Positions 56,517-64,000 of a DNA stretch of 64,000 nucleotides are shown here, piece by piece. The stretch comes from a virus (lineage: Duplodnaviria > Heunggongvirae > Uroviricota > Caudoviricetes). The stretch covers positions 10,116 through 74,115 of IMG/VR virus record IMGVR_UViG_3300046779_001955, one strand, 5' to 3'. A program made the position numbers and the translations under genes. Under the pieces are notes generated by a model. It was not told the origin of the DNA. It ran no database searches and saw only the letters and a list, made by a program, of their open reading frames with translations. How positions within the stretch are numbered: position 1 is the first letter of the stretch; each line of letters begins with the position of its first letter.

Positions 56517-58226
56517 ATGGCACACTCAGACTTAGAACAAATTCAATTACTCATGGCCCAATTTCGTAGGCCCTGCCCCGAAGATCTAGAATATCAAGAC
56601 CGACTGGTTGAAGAATTTGGTATTATAATTGATCGACGATTCACAGACTATTTTTTAAAAATACGACAGATACTAGATTTAAATTCTGATATACCTCACA
56701 TGACTCGAGGATCAGCGGGATCTAGTCTTGTATGTTACTTAATGGCAATAACTGATGTTGATCCCATTGAGTGGAAAATTCCGTTAGCACGTTTCTTAAA
56801 TCCTTTCCGCGACGATTTACCCGACGTAGACATAGATGTTCCGCATCACAGTCAAGAACGAGCTATGCAACGTATATTTGATGCATGGCCTGGGCGCACT
56901 GCACGTATATCAAACTATGTGATGTACAAGGAAAAATCAGCACGTAGAGAAGCTGCAAAGAGATTAGGTGCACAGGGTAGATTACCTAGAGACATTGATT
57001 ACAAAAAATTAGGCATTGATGTTGAAGAAGCCCAGCGTATAGAAAAAAAACTAATGGGCAAAAAACGTTGCTTGTCAAAACACTGCGGTGGCGTGATTGT
57101 GTTTGATCGTAAACTACCGCAGAGTTTATTTCGTGATGATAATCTCATCTTGCTGGACAAAAACGAAGTGGAAGATCTTGAACACCTCAAGGTTGATATT
57201 CTAGCAAATCGTGGACTTAGTCAACTCATGGAGATTGACCCTACTCGTAGAGTACACGAATATCCCATGGAAGACGATCTAACCTCTGAACTACTGAGTC
57301 AGGGCAATGTTTTGGGTGTGACTCAAGGAGAGTCCCCGGCCATGCGTAGATTGTTCAGAGCAATAAAACCAACTTCGGTACACGACTGCGTGTTTGCCAC
57401 TGCACTTGTGCGTCCGGTAGCTATTGAAGGACGAAAAAAAGCTTCTTGGTTTCACGACTGGACAGCAACCGGAGTCCGAGAACATGCTATTGTATGCGAA
57501 GATGATGCCATAGAACGCATCATGAAATTGATTGGTGTCAACGCATATGAAGCTGATATGTATCGTCGAGCCTTTGCAAAAAAGAACGAGGAAAAGGTCA
57601 TGGAGTTTATGGCACGCTTGGGCGATCATCCTGAACGAGATTCCATACAAAAAGAAATGCAGAATCTAGCAGGGTTTGGCCTTTGTCGAGCTCATGCTGT
57701 TAATCTTGGTAGATTAATCTGGGCATTGGCCTATCAAAAAGCACATAATCCTAGAGAGTTTTGGAGAGCTGTGTTAAAACATTGCCAGGGATCTTATGCT
57801 AAATGGGTCTATCGTAACGAAGCCAAGCGAGCTGGATGGGATCTACGTGATCTTGGTTTTTCAAATTGGATCATAGAAGATCCAATCCAAGCGTTTAAAG
57901 ATTACGGGGCCTGGAACACACCTGGATTTCTACCTAACATGGGAGTGCAAGGTCTTTATCTTGACAGATATGAATTTGCTGGCATAGTGGCAAACTCCCG
58001 AGTGTTCAAACGCGATCGCCAACAGTATATACATTTTATTACACTGGGAGTAGGCGAAGGTGAATATGTAGATTTAATCGTAGACCGTCCTGTGAAATAC
58101 AGTACGGGCAGTGTGATTATAGGTCAGGGCGAAATAAAATCTCGTGATGGCAGTCAATTTTTACAAGTGGATCGGAAAAATATCAAGGCCGTGGATATTG
58201 ACGACTACTTCAAGGTGTCTTTTTAA
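56517..58226 (+). CDS. minimal DnaE-like (Pol III alpha family, C-family) DNA polymerase, copy 1
   Basis: TRGSAGSSLVCYLMAITDVDPI, PDVDIDV catalytic Asp pair, RAHAVNLGRLIWALAYQKAHNPREFW fingers block; start at MAHSDLEQ; no PHP or C-terminal OB domains. Confidence 0.85.
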   Translation: MAHSDLEQIQLLMAQFRRPCPEDLEYQDRLVEEFGIIIDRRFTDYFLKIRQILDLNSDIPHMTRGSAGSSLVCYLMAITDVDPIEWKIPLARFLNPFRDDLPDVDIDVPHHSQERAMQRIFDAWPGRTARISNYVMYKEKSARREAAKRLGAQGRLPRDIDYKKLGIDVEEAQRIEKKLMGKKRCLSKHCGGVIVFDRKLPQSLFRDDNLILLDKNEVEDLEHLKVDILANRGLSQLMEIDPTRRVHEYPMEDDLTSELLSQGNVLGVTQGESPAMRRLFRAIKPTSVHDCVFATALVRPVAIEGRKKASWFHDWTATGVREHAIVCEDDAIERIMKLIGVNAYEADMYRRAFAKKNEEKVMEFMARLGDHPERDSIQKEMQNLAGFGLCRAHAVNLGRLIWALAYQKAHNPREFWRAVLKHCQGSYAKWVYRNEAKRAGWDLRDLGFSNWIIEDPIQAFKDYGAWNTPGFLPNMGVQGLYLDRYEFAGIVANSRVFKRDRQQYIHFITLGVGEGEYVDLIVDRPVKYSTGSVIIGQGEIKSRDGSQFLQVDRKNIKAVDIDDYFKVSF

Positions 58227-59619
58227 GTTGCCCAAGTAATTGCTTTAATTTTGCACTTTGTACGTCTATTGAAATTTTTCCCGGTTCGTCTGCTACAGTA
58301 GCAGACTCTGTGTCGGGGGTGAGTTGACTCTTTGCCTTGATTGATTCATAGATGTTGGGAACATGTTTTTTAAACTCTTGATAATCTTGATCTTCAGCTA
58401 AATCAACAATTCTCATGGTCTCAATATTGTACTCTAGATCAATCTTTTGTCCTACGCCAGTAGAACTACGCGATTTCATACATTGTATTTGATATTTGCC
58501 ACGCTCTCGCATGTTTCTAGAAGTGAAGATGCCAAACACATTGTCAGCTGTGTTGATCTTTGAAATACCACCGGAAATATGCGAGTGATCAAATTCAACT
58601 TCTTCCACAGCAGATCTATTCAACTGTGATGCAGTGACCATCAGTATGCCTAGTTCTTTGGCCAGGTTACGCAGCTCTTCACTCACATACTTGTCCTTGA
58701 CAAACAAGTCATTGGGCGAAACCTTGGCACTTACCGGCATCAACAGATCTAAATAGTCAATCATCATGAAATCAACTTTGTGCCCAGTTTGGATCTGATA
58801 TTCTTTTAGAAAACTGCGTATGTCATTGATATTACTTTGCGCTGGCAATGCTTTGACCTGATAGCTGCCGGCTTTCTTGCTCACCATTTTAACTTTGAGT
58901 GCAGCAGTTTCTTTGTCGCGGCGGATGTCTTTGGTTGACATATTTGTCAACATTGCAGTGGTACGCAATCCCGTGAGCTCCTGACTAAGTTCCAGTGTGA
59001 TGTAAACACCATGAAGACCTGCCTGTACCCAGTTCAATGCAATGTTCATCATCACTAGCGATTTACCAGATCCTGAACCACCAGCAAAGATGTTGAGTTC
59101 ACCTCTGCTGAATCCACCGTACAACAGTTTGTCCATTTGCGGCCATCCTGTTGACACTTGTCCACCAGAATCAAAGTAGCGTTTAAGCATGCCTTCGGGA
59201 TCCTCCCAGAAGTTCATGCCTAGATCCTTGGTTAAACTAATTTGCACAGCATCCTTTATGAGCTTTTCTACAGGATCATATTCACCCTTTTCAATCATGT
59301 CTGCGGCTTTGAGGATAGCACGTTCTAGTTCCTGCCGTTTGGTAAACGATTCAAACTCTTCAAAGAACCACTCAAAATGTCCGTCGCTGATGTCGGGAAT
59401 TGAATTTAATGTTATGCCAGTGACCGCAGCAATCTGTGTTCGATCAGGCATGGTATGATACTGATCAGTATGTTGTTTGATAAACTCAGCTGCTGGGCGT
59501 AGACTTTTTTCAAAGTTTGCTGGATTGTAGATATTTTGTACGCGAACATAACTGCTGGCATCTTCCAGCATCATTTCTAAAAACAATCGTTGTACGTCTT
59601 GGTTATAATTTTTAATCAT
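58210..59619 (-). CDS. DnaB-family replicative helicase
   Basis: Walker A GGSGSGKS, RecA-like C-domain; start at ATG 59619. Confidence 0.9.
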   Translation of the reverse strand: MIKNYNQDVQRLFLEMMLEDASSYVRVQNIYNPANFEKSLRPAAEFIKQHTDQYHTMPDRTQIAAVTGITLNSIPDISDGHFEWFFEEFESFTKRQELERAILKAADMIEKGEYDPVEKLIKDAVQISLTKDLGMNFWEDPEGMLKRYFDSGGQVSTGWPQMDKLLYGGFSRGELNIFAGGSGSGKSLVMMNIALNWVQAGLHGVYITLELSQELTGLRTTAMLTNMSTKDIRRDKETAALKVKMVSKKAGSYQVKALPAQSNINDIRSFLKEYQIQTGHKVDFMMIDYLDLLMPVSAKVSPNDLFVKDKYVSEELRNLAKELGILMVTASQLNRSAVEEVEFDHSHISGGISKINTADNVFGIFTSRNMRERGKYQIQCMKSRSSTGVGQKIDLEYNIETMRIVDLAEDQDYQEFKKHVPNIYESIKAKSQLTPDTESATVADEPGKISIDVQSAKLKQLLGQLKKTP

Positions 59620-59629
59620 ATGAGACTTT

Positions 59630-60304
59630 TCAAATATAATTATCCAGTTTCTGTAGACAATGATTGGCAAACAGTGTCTGTGCTTCATTGCTAGCAACGT
59701 GGAACAGTGGAGCGTTATTTAAGCTTTGATGATACCAGAGGTTAATAGATATTTCGTTGTTATGATAATCAGCGATGATGTTTTCTATAAAGTTTTGTCG
59801 TAGATTTTGATGCCAATCACGACGATACTCAAACCCACCAAGACTATAGACAAATTTTAATTTGTTGATCTGTGCTGTTTGCAAACAGAATGCAATTAAA
59901 AAATAATCTTTTAACCACTCAAAACTTTCACTTGCAGCCAACGTGCGCCATCGATCTATAGCATCAAGCCGAGTCTTGTCTACAACATTTATAAAACTGT
60001 TGGTAATCCAACGTTGTTTTTGAAAGTCAGCTAATTCTGCTGCTGTGATGGCTTTTGGTATGGCTGTGGTATTGTGATCTAATTCGTAACGTCCTTCGGT
60101 AGTAAAAGAAAAAATCACAGCATCAGGTTTTAATTGTAGACCTTGTAGTAGTTGCATGGCAATCATTGCATTGCTTGCCCCACCAGCAGCTAGATTACAC
60201 AGCTCAATGTCAGCACTGTGATTGAGTATTTTTTCACTCCAATGCAGTTCCGGATAGTCAGGATCTGTTATAGCAAAACTGTCGCCACACACCAGTATTC
60301 TCAT
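59630..60304 (-). CDS. SGNH/GDSL hydrolase
   Basis: N-terminal VCGDSF block; sits between primase and helicase genes. Confidence 0.6.
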   Translation of the reverse strand: MRILVCGDSFAITDPDYPELHWSEKILNHSADIELCNLAAGGASNAMIAMQLLQGLQLKPDAVIFSFTTEGRYELDHNTTAIPKAITAAELADFQKQRWITNSFINVVDKTRLDAIDRWRTLAASESFEWLKDYFLIAFCLQTAQINKLKFVYSLGGFEYRRDWHQNLRQNFIENIIADYHNNEISINLWYHQSLNNAPLFHVASNEAQTLFANHCLQKLDNYI

Positions 60305-61284
60305 CGTATTTTCTTTTGTAATTGTTTCTTTGCCAATTCAATGTGCAGTCGACTGTGATGTCGTGCTTGCAATATTGTCAACAATGTGGTAAGTCTTCCC
60401 ATACGGCACACAGCATCATTGATATCTTTGACACCTTCAGGCCAGTTGGGAACACTCACACTCCAGCCCAACTCCAGAGCACGATCAATTAAACTGATAC
60501 CTGAGCGATCTTGATCAGGTACCACAACAACTTCTCGGCCTAGACTGCGGATTAGTCGGACCTGAGCATCGTTGATTTCGCTGTGCAGCACTGCTAGTCC
60601 CGATATGCTCAAGGCATCAAACACGCCTTCGCATACAATTGCATATTGCCAATTGGCTTTTTGCAGGTCTGTGCCAAACACATAGCCTGATTGTATTTCA
60701 TTGATGTATTTTGGTATTTTACCATCTAAGAATCTGCAACTGTAACCAACAATGGTATTGTCATGGGTAAATGGTATGACAACGTGCGGTCGGGTCCAGT
60801 GAACGCCATCGTTGTTGGGCTGAATCATTATGGGATAATCACTAGGTATACAGCGATGTCGTACATAGTCTTGATACTCAGGATATTCATCTGTGAGCAA
60901 TTCAGCAAACGCCGGCAACTCTCGTTCATCAAATTTTATGTCAGCAACAGAATTAAATGTACGCTGCCGATCATTTAATATCCCTTCAATGCTGCGATGT
61001 CGCATGCTTTCAAGATTTAATTGATTAATTTCCTCTTCGGGAACATTAAACCATTCCAATAGCTTGCGAGCTCGGTAAGTTAAATTTCTGCCTAGAATAA
61101 AACTTGCAGTATAGTTACAATTAAAACAATGATAGCTCCAGCCCTGCTCTGACACTTTGATTCCGCCGCGACTACGCCGATCCTGACTGTGACCGTTGTG
61201 AGTGCAGCACACCGCATTGAAACTTATCCAACCCGAACTAGAAGTTTTTCGGCGTCCACCAATGTAACCAAGTATGTCTAGCAT
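60301..61284 (-). CDS. DNA primase (zinc-ribbon + TOPRIM, T7 gp4 N-terminal type)
   Basis: CCTHNGHSQD ... CFNC zinc ribbon; CEGVFDALS TOPRIM. Confidence 0.8.
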   Translation of the reverse strand: MLDILGYIGGRRKTSSSGWISFNAVCCTHNGHSQDRRSRGGIKVSEQGWSYHCFNCNYTASFILGRNLTYRARKLLEWFNVPEEEINQLNLESMRHRSIEGILNDRQRTFNSVADIKFDERELPAFAELLTDEYPEYQDYVRHRCIPSDYPIMIQPNNDGVHWTRPHVVIPFTHDNTIVGYSCRFLDGKIPKYINEIQSGYVFGTDLQKANWQYAIVCEGVFDALSISGLAVLHSEINDAQVRLIRSLGREVVVVPDQDRSGISLIDRALELGWSVSVPNWPEGVKDINDAVCRMGRLTTLLTILQARHHSRLHIELAKKQLQKKIR

Positions 61285-61982
61285 CTTGTTATTATAGCAG
61301 ATTCAATGTGTGAAATCAAGATATCTGCTATAATTTGATGTCCATGTTCGTTGGGATGACGTTGTGGTGCCCAGCAATTGGAATGGGAACTCAATAGAGT
61401 CCTAAGATTGGTATCAGGAAAGATCAGGCTTTTACAATCAAATTGTGGATAACTTTTTAGGATATTAAATTGTAACAACGGTTGTCGATACCGTTGGCCA
61501 TCAAAAAACATCAAGGCCTGTTGATAATTGTTTTCCCAAAGAGCACGACAGTCACTTTGAGCTGTGTAGTATTTGGTTAACTGGTGCCAGGCATCTTGGT
61601 AGCACGTGGTGTTGTGTACCCAGGCGCTGTGTACATATCTATTCCAAGGTGGATCGTTGACATGCTGTACATGATTGGGATTATACCAACTGCTGCGTGA
61701 TGCATCAGTTAGTCCAACTAAAATCAAAGTATTGGCATGATCGGCGTGATTATTAAACCACCAAAGATAGTTCCAAATAGTGCTTTGAAGACTGCCTCCG
61801 GGTATGGCAAAATTTTTTACAGGTACATCAAAGTGTTTTCCAATTAGCCCAACAAAACACTGAGATTCTCTATAGCTGGTGTTTTCTATGCTGTGTGGCA
61901 ATAAATTAGATTGTTTGGGGTCAACTAATTCGTCACCCCAAACCCAACTGTCGCCAAACGCTGCGATGCTGGTGAACTTCAT
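61278..61982 (-). CDS. SGNH/GDSL hydrolase paralog
   Basis: AFGDSWVWG block. Confidence 0.55.
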   Translation of the reverse strand: MKFTSIAAFGDSWVWGDELVDPKQSNLLPHSIENTSYRESQCFVGLIGKHFDVPVKNFAIPGGSLQSTIWNYLWWFNNHADHANTLILVGLTDASRSSWYNPNHVQHVNDPPWNRYVHSAWVHNTTCYQDAWHQLTKYYTAQSDCRALWENNYQQALMFFDGQRYRQPLLQFNILKSYPQFDCKSLIFPDTNLRTLLSSHSNCWAPQRHPNEHGHQIIADILISHIESAIITRC

Positions 61983-63061
61983 TAACGATAGGTAATTTGT
62001 TCAATGACGCCAGGGACTATGGTAACTGTGGCTGCTTGCTGACTTGGAGGCACAGGACTGTATCCTGAACCACCATTGAGCACTGTGACGTTAGTGACCG
62101 CACCACTACTGTTGATGTTGGCCACAGCCGATGCTCCGGCCCCGGCACCTACTATTATCACCAGGGGTTCGGCTAGATAACCTGATCCTGCATTGAGAAT
62201 GTTGACGTTGGTCACTGCACCGTTGCTGACTGTAGCGTTGGCTAGAGCAATTGTAGCTCCGTTTACACCACCGTATTGGTTGATTGCTACTCTAAGCAGA
62301 TTGTAGTTGCCTTGCACTGTGAGATTGATGTTGCTGGTATTGGCATAAAATGAGTAGTTGGGACTCACATCGAACCAAACACTTTCATAATTTTCGGCTG
62401 CTTGAATTTTAATGTTGCCAGTAAAAGTATTGGCTTTCAATACAAATGTACCAACTGCTGTGGGATTACCATCAACATAGCTAGAATAGGTTTCACTGTA
62501 AGTAGCCGGCATTGACTGCTGCGGCAGTGCCCAGTCTGGTCTTGTGGTGTAGGGTTGCGAAGCCGGGTAATCACCAGGACCGTACATGGTAGGAATAGTC
62601 ACTGTTCGGCTTGGTGCAAACTGCGGGTACGTAGAATCTAAGATATAAGCCACACCCCTACCATTGGCACCTTCGTCGGTGAATACTGACTGCGTGAGAT
62701 TTCCCGATGATCTAGTAATGCTATAGCTACATGTCTGCGCATCAATAAGGTCAAGATCAGCTTCGGGTATAGTGACTTTGATACGCCCGTATGTTGCGCT
62801 GAGAATTTCCATAGTGCCGCGATATATTAGTGCTGCACCATCTTGACTTATCAATTGAAAAACAAATGTGCTGCCAGTGACATTCACTGGTTTTTGGTCT
62901 TGATTAAACATTTCAAACAAGAGAACGTTGTCAACGCCTTTGTTTATGGTAATAGGTTTTGAATACACTGGATCCCACCTCGCTGTGAAATAAGCACCAC
63001 TGGTGTCAATCAATAAAACCGGGTAACGCTGTTGATATAAATACGCCGTGGTTGAATACAT
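61982..63061 (-). CDS. structural protein with internal tandem Ig-like repeats
   Basis: GAVTNVNILNAGSGY / GAVTNVTVLNGGSGY repeat. Confidence 0.5.
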   Translation of the reverse strand: MYSTTAYLYQQRYPVLLIDTSGAYFTARWDPVYSKPITINKGVDNVLLFEMFNQDQKPVNVTGSTFVFQLISQDGAALIYRGTMEILSATYGRIKVTIPEADLDLIDAQTCSYSITRSSGNLTQSVFTDEGANGRGVAYILDSTYPQFAPSRTVTIPTMYGPGDYPASQPYTTRPDWALPQQSMPATYSETYSSYVDGNPTAVGTFVLKANTFTGNIKIQAAENYESVWFDVSPNYSFYANTSNINLTVQGNYNLLRVAINQYGGVNGATIALANATVSNGAVTNVNILNAGSGYLAEPLVIIVGAGAGASAVANINSSGAVTNVTVLNGGSGYSPVPPSQQAATVTIVPGVIEQITYR

Positions 63062-63082
63062 AAGAATCTCCAGCTAATATTT

Positions 63083-63460
63083 ATGGGCAGCGACTTTTTT
63101 GCAAAATTAGCTGAAAAATACCCGTTTATAACGTTGTGCGTCTACGCCAGCAACGAATATGTGGGTATAATTCAGAATCGTGACGAAACAATTACCACCA
63201 TCTATGACTTTGGTAGTCTCAAAGATCTTGAGCAAAAACAAAGATTTTTGGATCTTGCCAATGTTTGGTGGTGGGAAAGCAATAGATCAATCCCGATTAA
63301 TATATTCTTGCGCGGGGACTGGGACGAATTTAGAATCAGTTTGCGTACTTTCATCAACAGAGATCTTGAAATAATACACGGCCCTGTGTGCAGTTTACTT
63401 GACATTGCCAAGAAAAAAACCAAACGTAAGTCAATTACTCTGGTTCGCCGTATTGATTAA
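63083..63460 (+). CDS. hypothetical protein
   Basis: 125 aa. Confidence 0.45.
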   Translation: MGSDFFAKLAEKYPFITLCVYASNEYVGIIQNRDETITTIYDFGSLKDLEQKQRFLDLANVWWWESNRSIPINIFLRGDWDEFRISLRTFINRDLEIIHGPVCSLLDIAKKKTKRKSITLVRRID

Positions 63461-64000
63461 ATTCATGTGCAGTGTGACCAAAACTGCATAACTCACAGCA
63501 TGTGCTTTTTTAAAGCTATAACCGTCGGCTGCGGTATCCCATACTGTAACAGCAACTTCCTTCCAAGTTTGCCCAATCAAATGACGTTTGCCCGGGCGAA
63601 TAACAGCTAAAAACATTGCCATTCTAGCAATTGAATCCACAGGCTCTGGCATCTTTAGCAAGGTTTCATAATGATTGCCAATGTGTACAATCTGTTCAAC
63701 AAACTCAGAATCTTGCAATCTTGACCATGGTGGCTCCATAGACAACAGTTCTTGGTAGTGTTCTTGATCCCGAATAGCTTGATATACCGACATATTAAGT
63801 AAATCAAGTTTGAAGTATCCACGTTGTTCGGCTTCTTGATAATCAATTGCTGCGCATTGATTGATCGGATCCCAGGGCACATCTGTGACATACACACCAG
63901 AATTGTGTCTACGTATTTCGCCTTGGTGCCGTTGCATAGCCGGCACAGTGTCAATGAGTTCTAAAACTTTGGTTCGATCTGCAAAGTCTATGTCAATGTC
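63431..64000 (-). CDS. DnaE-like polymerase copy 2 (partial, continues past window end)
   Basis: reading frame open to 64000 with DIDIDFADR catalytic block, RHNSGVYVT and KAHAVSYA fingers motifs. Confidence 0.75.
   Translation of the reverse strand, partial: DIDIDFADRTKVLELIDTVPAMQRHQGEIRRHNSGVYVTDVPWDPINQCAAIDYQEAEQRGYFKLDLLNMSVYQAIRDQEHYQELLSMEPPWSRLQDSEFVEQIVHIGNHYETLLKMPEPVDSIARMAMFLAVIRPGKRHLIGQTWKEVAVTVWDTAADGYSFKKAHAVSYAVLVTLHMNLINTANQSN

Overview
This window reads as a contiguous piece of a large, densely packed dsDNA bacteriophage genome. More than 85% of genes are on the minus strand, with short overlapping gene junctions (ATGA/TAATG) and no rRNA, tRNA or CRISPR that I could find. 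All identifications below come from motif recognition by eye; I ran no database searches, and the phage lineage is unknown.

Recognisable modules:
- Replication: two paralogous minimal DnaE-like polymerases, a T7-type zinc-ribbon/TOPRIM primase and a DnaB-family helicase encoded as separate genes, and an ATP-dependent DNA ligase.
- Nucleotide metabolism: class Ia ribonucleotide reductase (nrdA, nrdB) with a glutaredoxin, and dCMP deaminase.
- Repair/recombination: UV-damage endonuclease UvdE and a PD-(D/E)xK exonuclease.
- Fe-S assembly: IscU and IscA.
- Proteostasis/translation: two ClpP paralogs, ClpX, ClpS, Hsp20 and ribosomal protein S21.
- Virion genes: a PAAR spike-tip protein and fibre-like proteins, which point to a contractile-tail particle.

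Accessory content that is unusual for a phage:
- A radical-SAM enzyme translationally coupled to an AsnB-like PP-loop amidotransferase.
- Two amidinotransferase-superfamily enzymes, four cupin/2OG-Fe(II) oxygenases and a nucleotide-sugar dehydrogenase.
- A run of lipoproteins that includes an entericidin-like 40-aa lipoprotein missed by the ORF track, plus an SPFH/band-7 lipoprotein with a small membrane partner.
- A tandem array of eight small overlapping paralogous genes (27596-29352) whose conserved C-terminal LRW codons also encode the Shine-Dalgarno sequence of the next gene.

Transcription signals:
- A family of near-consensus sigma70-type promoters (TTGACCAATAAAT-N-TATAAT, 17-nt spacer) recurs on the minus strand. 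Two copies sit inside a duplicated ~55-nt block that also carries the Shine-Dalgarno sequence.
- One consensus promoter fires into a 370-nt ORF-poor region (candidate sRNA or small peptide).
- Several rho-independent terminators are present, including one with a UUCG tetraloop placed directly against a promoter.
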